From positions 22,286 to 86,285 of the forward strand of contig CAKJYC010000049.1 in assembly GCA_918244965.1 (NCBI GenBank): a DNA stretch of 64,000 nt. The letters are read 5' to 3'. Every line of letters begins with the position of its first letter. Within the stretch, counting starts at the first letter, position 1. Position numbers and translations under genes: made by a program. The notes under the pieces are model-generated. The model was not told where the DNA came from, made no database searches, and saw nothing but the letters and a program-made list of their open reading frames with translations. This DNA is from Clostridiales bacterium (GTDB lineage Bacteria; Bacillota; Clostridia; Christensenellales; CAG-138). Shown here piece by piece: positions 47,094-54,402 of this stretch.

Positions 47094-48347
47094 TTATTGT
47101 TGCGGCAGGGTCGAACCGTGCCGCAGGGCCTTGACGACGGGCAGCTCTTCGCCGCTCAGGAAGCGGATCAGCGCGCCGCCGCCGGTGCAGATATAACCGA
47201 TCTTGTCGGTCAGCTTGTATTTTTCGGTCGCCGTGATGCTGTCGCCGCCGCCGAGGACCGTAAAGCCCTCGGTGTCCGCAAGCGCCTGCCACAGCGACTT
47301 GGTTCCGTATTCGCTCGCTTCCTGCTCGAACACGCCCATCGGGCCGTTGACGAACACCGTTTTGGCCGAAAGGATGCAGGCGCGATACTTTGCCGCAGTC
47401 GCGTGTCCGATGTCGACCGCGCCGACGTCGCTCGGCATCATGTAGATCGACGCCTCGCGCCGTTCGCCGTTTTCGACCCACGCAAGGTCGTCAGGCAGCA
47501 GGATCCTGTCGCCGAACCGCTCGTAGAGCGCCTTCGCACGGTCGAAGAACTCGGCGTAGTTCGACTTGCAGATAAACGCGCGGCTATAGCTTCCGATCTC
47601 CTGTCCGAGCGCGATCAGGAAGATGTTTGCGACCAGGCCCCCGGTCAGGATCGTATCGGCGACCCCGCGCTCCAGGACCGTCTGCATCATCAGAAACGCG
47701 TCGGAGATCTTTGCGCCGCCGAGCGCGAACACGCACGGACGGGCGGGGTCCTCCATGACGGAGGAGACGGTGCAGTATTCCTTCTCGAACAGCCTGCCCA
47801 TCGCGGACGGCAGGATCTGCTCGAACCCGCACAGGCTCGGCTGATCGCGGTGCGCGGCGGCAAACGCGTCGCACACGTACGCGTCCGCAAGCGGGGCGAG
47901 CTTCTGCACCAGCAGCGTTTTTGCCTGCTGCTCGTGCGAAAGATGCAGCTTCATTTCAAAGAGCGTCTGCTCCTCCGCGACGAAGCGCACGTTGTCCAAA
48001 AGCAAAACATCGCCATCGCAGAGATCACGGATGGCTTGTCTTGCCGCGGGGCCGCAGACGTCGTCGATCCATTTGACCTCCCGGCCGAGAAGGCGGGAGA
48101 GGACCGCGGCGTGCGGTTTGGTCGTATAAAAATTCTTGTACTCGATGTCGCTGCCCTGATGCGCCAGCAGCACGACCTTTGCGCCCTTTTCGGACAGCTC
48201 GCGGATCGTCGGCACGCAGGCCGTGATGCGGTTGATGCTTTTCAGCGTCCCCGCATCACGATCCACGGGCTGATTGATATCCACGCGGCAAAGGACCGTT
48301 TTTCCGCGCACCGAGAGTTCGTCCAGCGTTCTGATGCCGAATCGCAT
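47094..48347 (-). CDS. pgk: Phosphoglycerate kinase family protein, archaeal-type sequence
   Basis: 417 aa. RVDINQPV, LLAHQGS (canonical H(Q/L)GRP), LLLDNVRF, FVNGPMGVFE, GGGDSI. Confidence 0.8.
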   Translation of the reverse strand: MRFGIRTLDELSVRGKTVLCRVDINQPVDRDAGTLKSINRITACVPTIRELSEKGAKVVLLAHQGSDIEYKNFYTTKPHAAVLSRLLGREVKWIDDVCGPAARQAIRDLCDGDVLLLDNVRFVAEEQTLFEMKLHLSHEQQAKTLLVQKLAPLADAYVCDAFAAAHRDQPSLCGFEQILPSAMGRLFEKEYCTVSSVMEDPARPCVFALGGAKISDAFLMMQTVLERGVADTILTGGLVANIFLIALGQEIGSYSRAFICKSNYAEFFDRAKALYERFGDRILLPDDLAWVENGERREASIYMMPSDVGAVDIGHATAAKYRACILSAKTVFVNGPMGVFEQEASEYGTKSLWQALADTEGFTVLGGGDSITATEKYKLTDKIGYICTGGGALIRFLSGEELPVVKALRHGSTLPQQ

Positions 48348-48359
48348 GTGGAACCTCGC

Positions 48360-49418
48360 TTATTTCTTCTTGAATCTGCCGATCTTCAGGTATTCGTTCG
48401 TCTTTGCCGTGCCCTCTTCGCGGGTCAGCTGCATCTGCATCGCGGCGCGGATCGCGTCGATCGTTTCGGGGATCGTGACGCTCTCCTGCGGGATGTTGAT
48501 CGCGTACATGATGTCGTTGCCGCTCTCAACGATGCTGTCCTCCCACAGCCCGATCTCGTACATGTCGCCTCTGCGGTTGCCGAGATCGCGCGCGTACTTG
48601 AACAGGCTCGCGTTGCCCTTGAAGCCCTCGTCGATCGTGACGGTACGGATGCGCGGATGCGCGCGGAACGCTTCGAGCGCCATCTCGCGGGTGATCTTTT
48701 TGCCGTCTTTGGCGGTCGCCAGCACGGTGATGATGTGGCCGTGCGTGACCGGCGTGTGCACGAGGATGCCCGTCGCTTCGACGTGCGGCATGATCGTCAT
48801 CAGGTCGACCGCCTGATGCGACGGCGCCTTGTCGATCTGCAGCGCGTTGGTGAGGCCGCGGTGATAGTCGCCCGGATCCGCGACGCGGCGGATGATCGTG
48901 ATCGCGACCTTCTCGATGCCGATCGCGCGGTCAAGGCAGTCGACCGTGCGGATCAGGCCCGTCGTGTTGCAGCTGGTCAGCTTGAGGTAATCCTGACCGA
49001 CGCCCTTTTCATAGTTCGCATAGCCGTGGAAGAACACGTCCGCGACGGAGTTCTTTTCGCCGCCCTGGAAGATCGCCTTGACGCCGACCTTCTGATACAG
49101 CTCCTTGTTCTTTGCGCCGACGCCGCCCGGCGAAGAGTCGAGCATGATATCGACGCTTCTGCAAAGCTCCTCGAACGTGCCCGCAACCGGGATGTCATAG
49201 CGGTCGAACGCTTCACGGTCCGCGCCGTCGACGAGGTAGAGATTGTATTTGACGCCGTTTGCGCCGATCATGTCGTTCTCGCGCAGCGCGCGGATCGACA
49301 GTGTGGGCGCGAGGTCCGCAATGCCCACCAGCTCCATGTCGCCCTGCATGGCGACGCCGTCGGCCAGACGCTGACCGATCGTGCCGTAACCGGCGACTCC
49401 GACTCTGACTTTAGCCAT
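48360..49418 (-). CDS. gap: Type II (archaeal-type) glyceraldehyde-3-phosphate dehydrogenase family protein
   Basis: 352 aa from ATG 49418, with AAAGGAG 6 nt upstream. MAKVRVGVAGYGTIGQRLADGV...MELVG and the active-site SCNTTGL (Cys150) are hallmarks of archaeal GAPDH, not bacterial GapA (SCTTN). Confidence 0.8.
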   Translation of the reverse strand: MAKVRVGVAGYGTIGQRLADGVAMQGDMELVGIADLAPTLSIRALRENDMIGANGVKYNLYLVDGADREAFDRYDIPVAGTFEELCRSVDIMLDSSPGGVGAKNKELYQKVGVKAIFQGGEKNSVADVFFHGYANYEKGVGQDYLKLTSCNTTGLIRTVDCLDRAIGIEKVAITIIRRVADPGDYHRGLTNALQIDKAPSHQAVDLMTIMPHVEATGILVHTPVTHGHIITVLATAKDGKKITREMALEAFRAHPRIRTVTIDEGFKGNASLFKYARDLGNRRGDMYEIGLWEDSIVESGNDIMYAINIPQESVTIPETIDAIRAAMQMQLTREEGTAKTNEYLKIGRFKKK

Positions 49419-49432
49419 ATGCTGCTCCTTTC

Positions 49433-50446
49433 TCAGATCTCGTCGATGCGGACGGGACGGTTTTCCTTGAGGGACTTGCTGCACGCAAGCGCCAGCTTGA
49501 TGGACAGAAGGCCGTCCTCGATGCCGACCCACGGTTCCTTGCCGTTCTCGACGCAGTCGATGAACTCGCGGACCTCCGCCTGATACGAGCCCATGTAGCG
49601 CTCAAGGAAGAACCACAGCGGCTTTTCGCCCGTCACGCCGTCCACCGTGGACAGCACGATGTTGGACGCGGAATCGTTCGCGTTCTGCACACAGCCCTTC
49701 GAGCCGAAGACCTCGCCGCGCTGATCGTAGCCGTAGACCGCCTTTCTGGAGCCGTCGATGGTGGCAAGCGCGCCGTTAGAGAGCTTCAGCGTGATCGTCG
49801 CGGTGTCCACGTCGCCCGCTTCGCCGATCGCCGGATCGATGAGGCACGCGCCCTGCGCGTACAGCTCGACGATCTCCTGACCGGAGAGGTAGCGCACCAT
49901 GTCGAGGTCGTGGATCATCATGTCCATGAAGATGCCGCCGGAAACAGCGACGTACTTGGCGGGCGGGGGCTCCGGATCGCGCGAAGAGATGCGGACGAAC
50001 TGCACCTCGCCGATCTTGCCGTCCTCGATCGCCTTGCGCATCGCGCGGTAGTTGTGATCGTAGCGGCGGTTGAAGCCGACCTGATAGACGAGCTTCTTCG
50101 GGCTCGCCGCGAGCGCCGCCTTGACCTCTTCGATCTTTGCGATGCTCTGGTCGATCGGCTTTTCGCAGAAGATGTGCTTGCCCGCGGCGATCGCTTCAAG
50201 CGAAAGCGGGGCGTGCTGATCGGTCGACGCGCAGATCAGGACCGCGTCGATGCGGTCGTCCTCAAGGATCTTGCGATAGTCCGAATATACGTTCTCGATG
50301 CCTGCGGACTTTGCCCACGCGGCGACCTCCGGCTTGATGAACGGGTCCGCGATCGCGAGGATCCGCGCGCCGGGAACGCCGGTGAGAATGCTCTTTGCGT
50401 GGACCTGACCGATGCGGCCCGCGCCGATAATACCTACATTGACCAT
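49433..50446 (-). CDS. iolG: myo-inositol 2-dehydrogenase (Gfo/Idh/MocA family)
   Basis: GIIGAGRIGQVHAK, IFCEKPI, VGFNRRYD, SRDPEPPPAKY...GGIFMDMMIHDLDM closely resembles rhizobial IdhA/IolG from memory. Confidence 0.85.
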   Translation of the reverse strand: MVNVGIIGAGRIGQVHAKSILTGVPGARILAIADPFIKPEVAAWAKSAGIENVYSDYRKILEDDRIDAVLICASTDQHAPLSLEAIAAGKHIFCEKPIDQSIAKIEEVKAALAASPKKLVYQVGFNRRYDHNYRAMRKAIEDGKIGEVQFVRISSRDPEPPPAKYVAVSGGIFMDMMIHDLDMVRYLSGQEIVELYAQGACLIDPAIGEAGDVDTATITLKLSNGALATIDGSRKAVYGYDQRGEVFGSKGCVQNANDSASNIVLSTVDGVTGEKPLWFFLERYMGSYQAEVREFIDCVENGKEPWVGIEDGLLSIKLALACSKSLKENRPVRIDEI

Positions 50447-50497
50447 TGTATTCCTCCGTTTGTTTTCAATTTGTATGGATGCGGGATCGCTCCCGGT

Positions 50498-52063
50498 TCA
50501 TTCGCCGTACGGCTCGCCCTTGCCTTCGACGAGCGAGGCATAGGTGCGTTGGATCTTTGCCCAGTTCTGGTCGCGGTCGAGCGCGACGCCTCTGCCGACG
50601 CCGGACACGATGAGACCCGCGCCCTTCTGCTCAAGCATTTCGCCGAACTCGCGCAAAAGCGCGGGCGCGCTGCCGGGCTCGGTGGAGCGGCCGTCGAAGA
50701 TGACATGCACGAACACGTTTTCGACGCCCGCCTTCTTCGCCATATCGCACAGCGCGAGCGGATAGTCGATCGACCCGTGCGAGGACTTTTTCGTGAGCAG
50801 CGCAAAGAGATGCAGCGCCGTGCCGCGCTCTTTGACGCCGTTCAGCGTGTGCAGAAACACCGGGTTCTCCGCAAACGAGCCGTCCTTCATCGCGTTGTCA
50901 AGGCGCACGTCGTCCTGCAGGACCACGCGGCCGGAGCCGAGATTGATGTGGCCCGCCTCGGAATTGCCCGTCTTGCCCGCCGCAAGACCGACCGCCGGGC
51001 CGGACGCTTCGAGCTTCGCGTAGGGATACTCCCGAAGCAGCGCGTCCCACGCGGGCGTGTCCGCCGTAAAGATCGGGTTGTTGTCGGTCGGAAGGTCGAG
51101 ACCCCAGCCGTCGCAGATGAGCAGTAAAACCTTGTTCGGCTTTGCAAAGCGGAACAGCGGCGTGCCGGTCATTTCCGCGGGCGCGGGAAGGCCCATTGCG
51201 GACAGCACCGTGGGCGCGACGTCGCAGAGTCGGCCGCTCGTTTCGAGCTGTTCCGTGCCGTCGCCGATCGCGATGCAGGCGACGAGATTCGTCGTGTGCG
51301 AAACGTGCGGCTTGCCCTCCGGCGTGTGCAGAATCTCGATGTTGCCGTGGTCCGCGGTCACAAGTACAGTATAGCCCTTTTCGCGCGCGTACGCAACGGT
51401 TTTCCCGACATATTTGCTGATCGCTTCGGCTGCGACCGGCTTTGCCGCGTCCGAGGACGTATGGCCGATGACGTCGCCGTTTGCGAAGTTCGTCACGATG
51501 AAATCGTAGCCCTTGTCCAGCCCGCCGCACAGCGTTTCATACACCTCCGGCAGCTTCAGCTCCGGCACCGTTTCAAACGGCACGCCCTTGGGCGAGGGGA
51601 TGCGGATGTCCGTCTCGCCCTCGAACGGCTTCTGATTGCCGCCGTTGAAGAAGAACGTGACGTGCGCAAACTTTTCGCTCTCGGCAAGGTGCATCTGCGT
51701 CCTGCCGTTTTCACTCAGCACCTCGGCGAGCGTCTTCTGCACCTTGCTCGGCGCAAAGGCGATCGGCAGATAGGTGTATTTTTCGCTGTACATTGTCAGG
51801 ATCACGAAGTCCAGCGGATCGAGCTGCGTTCTCTCGAAGCCCTTGAACGCCGGATCGGTGAACGCATCGGTCAGCTCGGTCTCGCGCTCGCCTCTGCGGC
51901 AGCAGAAGATCACGCCGTCGCCGGGACGAACGAGACCGACCGGGCTGCCGTTTCGGTCGACAAGGTTCAACGGCTCGAAATGATACTCCGAGGCGACGGA
52001 GGCAAAGCGCTTTTGGGCAGCGCGGGCCAGCGCGTCGCCGCCGGCAAACTTGTATTCGCTCAT
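50498..52063 (-). CDS. Circularly permuted 2,3-bisphosphoglycerate-independent phosphoglycerate mutase (iPGM)-like phosphotransferase
   Basis: 521 aa from ATG 52063, with AAAGGAG 8 nt upstream. Residues 1-304 carry canonical C-terminal iPGM motifs (ESEKFAHVTFFFNGG, ANGDVIGH, TADHGN, SHTTN, EMTG). Residues 308-521 carry canonical N-terminal motifs (LLLICDGWG, GNSEAGH, LHLFALL, DGR, LDRDQNW). Confidence 0.8.
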   Translation of the reverse strand: MSEYKFAGGDALARAAQKRFASVASEYHFEPLNLVDRNGSPVGLVRPGDGVIFCCRRGERETELTDAFTDPAFKGFERTQLDPLDFVILTMYSEKYTYLPIAFAPSKVQKTLAEVLSENGRTQMHLAESEKFAHVTFFFNGGNQKPFEGETDIRIPSPKGVPFETVPELKLPEVYETLCGGLDKGYDFIVTNFANGDVIGHTSSDAAKPVAAEAISKYVGKTVAYAREKGYTVLVTADHGNIEILHTPEGKPHVSHTTNLVACIAIGDGTEQLETSGRLCDVAPTVLSAMGLPAPAEMTGTPLFRFAKPNKVLLLICDGWGLDLPTDNNPIFTADTPAWDALLREYPYAKLEASGPAVGLAAGKTGNSEAGHINLGSGRVVLQDDVRLDNAMKDGSFAENPVFLHTLNGVKERGTALHLFALLTKKSSHGSIDYPLALCDMAKKAGVENVFVHVIFDGRSTEPGSAPALLREFGEMLEQKGAGLIVSGVGRGVALDRDQNWAKIQRTYASLVEGKGEPYGE

Positions 52064-52077
52064 GATCGGTTCTCCTT

Positions 52078-52854
52078 TCAATGGATGCGCGGCGTCGGGT
52101 CCTCAGCGGTTTCGGGACAGAAGCGCCCGTCGCCGGGGAAGACGCGCAGCAGCTCGTCAAAGTGATGGATGATGCAGTCGGGCCGGTTCTCCTCGGTCAG
52201 CTTGAATTCGAGCCCGCCGGGGTATTCCGCGCCGACCGTGCCGGCGAAGCAGGACTGCTTCGCGCCGATGATGTCGCGCTTCAGGTTGTCGCCGACGAAG
52301 CAGCTCTCCTCCGGCCGCACGCCGGCTTCCGACAGCGCGAGGAAATAGATCGCGGGATGCGGCTTTCGGAGCATCGTCACCGAGCTTTGCTGCACCGTGC
52401 AGAACAGGTCGCGGATGCCGTCGCGATCGAGCCACTCGTCAATCTCGACCGTGCCGATCAGGTCGCTGATGATGCCGACGAGGTAGCCGCGCGTGCGCAG
52501 CTCCTTCACGGTTTCAATGCCCTTTTCGACGACCACGCGCTCGCCCTTCGCCCTGCGGAAGCAGTAGGTCAGCTCGACGGCGGCCTTCTCGATTTTCTCA
52601 CGGTCCCATTCCGGCACGAGCCAGCGGGTCCAGAGCATCGTTTCCGGCGCTTCGCACATGTACTTCAGCGCCCATTCACGGTAGCCGTCGTAGCGCTTGT
52701 TCAGGAAATCGTAGAACGCGTCGGCGTCCATGTCGGTGCCGCACAGTTCCTTGATGCGCTCGCGCGCCTGCTTGATAAACGGACGGTTGTCCTCGTCGAC
52801 CACGCGGAATGTGCCGCCGAGATCGAGAAAGATCGCCTTGATGTTTTCTTTCAT
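52078..52854 (-). CDS. HAD-IA-like hydrolase, tandem paralog 4
   Basis: FLDLGGTF, IISD, LRKPHPAIY, VGDNLKRDI. Start at MKENIKA, with GGAGGG upstream, 2 nt after the upstream stop. Confidence 0.8.
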   Translation of the reverse strand: MKENIKAIFLDLGGTFRVVDEDNRPFIKQARERIKELCGTDMDADAFYDFLNKRYDGYREWALKYMCEAPETMLWTRWLVPEWDREKIEKAAVELTYCFRRAKGERVVVEKGIETVKELRTRGYLVGIISDLIGTVEIDEWLDRDGIRDLFCTVQQSSVTMLRKPHPAIYFLALSEAGVRPEESCFVGDNLKRDIIGAKQSCFAGTVGAEYPGGLEFKLTEENRPDCIIHHFDELLRVFPGDGRFCPETAEDPTPRIH

Positions 52855-52856
52855 AT

Positions 52857-53624
52857 TCAGACCCTCCGGACCTTGTCCCATGCGACGTGCGGCGCCTTCG
52901 GGAAGATCTCCTTGAGTTCGTTGAAGTCGAAGATGACCGCGTCGGGACGGTTCTCATCCGTGATCTTCTCCTTCGCGAGCTTCTCCGGCGTCGTGTACAG
53001 GATGAACATGCCGTAGCCCGCAAGGCGCGTGCCCTCGACGTCGCGGTTCAGGTTGTCGCCGATGTAGACGCAGCGCTCCGGGCGAACGCCCAGGAGGTCG
53101 CACGCCTTGTTGGAGATCGCGGGATCGGGCTTTCTTATGCCCTCGACGCACGAGAGCAGCACCGCGCCGAAATACTGTTCAAGCCCGTCGGCCTTGAGCC
53201 AGCGCGGGATCTCCTGCGAGGTCACGAGGTTTGAGATGATGCCGAGCTTGTAGCCGTTCGCGTACAGGTCTTTGATCGACTGCGCGCCGTTCGGGGCGAC
53301 CACGCGGCGGCCGTCCTTGTTGCGGTACTCGATCGTCAGCTCGATCGCATTCTTTTTGATCAGCTCACGGTCGTATTCGGGCGTCAGCCACTTGGTCCAA
53401 AGCTCCTCCTCCGGCGCTTCGCGCATCGTCTCGAAGCACCACTTGCGGTAGCCCGCGTAGCGGTAGTCGAGGAATTTGCAGAATTCGTCCGGGTCGCCTG
53501 TTTCGCCGCACATTTCGGCGATCTTGCGGCGCGCCTCCGCTTCAAACGCGGCGTCGCGCTCCACCAGACGCAGCGTGCCGCCGAGATCGTAGAAGATCGC
53601 GTCAAATTCTCGTTCGTTTGCCAT
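52857..53624 (-). CDS. HAD-IA-like hydrolase, tandem paralog 3
   Basis: FYDLGGTL, IISN, IRKPDPAI, IGDNLNRDV. Confidence 0.8.
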   Translation of the reverse strand: MANEREFDAIFYDLGGTLRLVERDAAFEAEARRKIAEMCGETGDPDEFCKFLDYRYAGYRKWCFETMREAPEEELWTKWLTPEYDRELIKKNAIELTIEYRNKDGRRVVAPNGAQSIKDLYANGYKLGIISNLVTSQEIPRWLKADGLEQYFGAVLLSCVEGIRKPDPAISNKACDLLGVRPERCVYIGDNLNRDVEGTRLAGYGMFILYTTPEKLAKEKITDENRPDAVIFDFNELKEIFPKAPHVAWDKVRRV

Positions 53625-53636
53625 ACTTCGTTCTCC

Positions 53637-54371
53637 TTATTTGTTTTCGTCCGAAAGGGGCGGGAAGATGTCCAGAAGCTGACCGATCCGGGTGATCGTG
53701 TAATCGGGCTGCAGAATGATTTCCTGCGGCTCGTTTTTGATCGTGTCCGGCTCGTCGATGCGGATCATCAGCGCATAGCCGGCCTTGCGCGTGCCCTCGA
53801 CGTCGCGGATCGGATTGTCGCCGACGTACGCGCACTGTTCGGGCGTCTTGCCGATCGCGCGGCAGGCGAGGTGATAGATCGCGGGGTCGGGCTTACGAAG
53901 CCGTACCTTGGAGGACAGGATGACCGTCTTGAAGTAGTGCGCCACGCCGTCGGCGATCATCCAGTCGGGGATCTCGGTCTCGGTGATCGTGTTCGCGATG
54001 ATGCCGAGCGTGTAGCCGCGGCGGTCCAGCTCGATGATCGTGGACTTCACGTCGTCGCGCGGGACGCGCCGTCCATCATGGTCGCGCCACAGACGCGTCA
54101 GTCTGCCTGCGTGCGCGCACACGCGCTCCGGATCGTAATCCGGCAGCAGGTGCTGGCTCCAGAGCTCCATCTCGCCCGCGTCAAGAAGCGTCTTTTTCAC
54201 CATGCTGCGGTACTTCTTCCAGCGCGCTTCGAGCTTCTCGAAGAACACGTCGTGCGGCTCGGTCGCGCCGACCAGCTCCATCAGTTCCCGCTCCGCCGCA
54301 TCGGAGAATTCCTTGTCCTTGATGACGATGCGCAGCGTGTTGCCGACGTCAAAGAAAATGGTGTCCGTCAT
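53637..54371 (-). CDS. HAD-IA-like hydrolase, tandem paralog 2
   Basis: FFDVGNTL, IIAN, LRKPDPAIY, VGDNPIRDV. Start at MTDTIFF, with GGAGAGAGG upstream. Confidence 0.8.
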   Translation of the reverse strand: MTDTIFFDVGNTLRIVIKDKEFSDAAERELMELVGATEPHDVFFEKLEARWKKYRSMVKKTLLDAGEMELWSQHLLPDYDPERVCAHAGRLTRLWRDHDGRRVPRDDVKSTIIELDRRGYTLGIIANTITETEIPDWMIADGVAHYFKTVILSSKVRLRKPDPAIYHLACRAIGKTPEQCAYVGDNPIRDVEGTRKAGYALMIRIDEPDTIKNEPQEIILQPDYTITRIGQLLDIFPPLSDENK

Positions 54372-54402
54372 TGTCCTCTCTCCTTTTCTGTATTGCAAAC
54401 TG

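Noticed and set aside
47094-49418. Archaeal-type GAPDH/PGK as evidence of archaeal contamination or a chimeric assembly.
   Set aside because: GC content and codon style look continuous with the flanking genes. The genes are packed with 9-14-nt gaps and Firmicute-type GGAGG RBSs between iolG and the transketolase genes on one strand. No junction, repeat or mobile element flanks them. Read-level verification is still advisable.
39186-49583. Two giant plus-strand ORFs (39186-44027, 1613 aa; 44103-49583, 1826 aa) that would be by far the largest proteins in the window.
   Set aside because: They run antisense to ten consecutive, strongly recognisable minus-strand genes (iolD ... GAPDH). Their translations are Arg/Ala/Gly/Asp-rich and low in complexity, with no motifs and no RBS. 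These are typical stop-codon-poor shadow frames of high-GC coding DNA.
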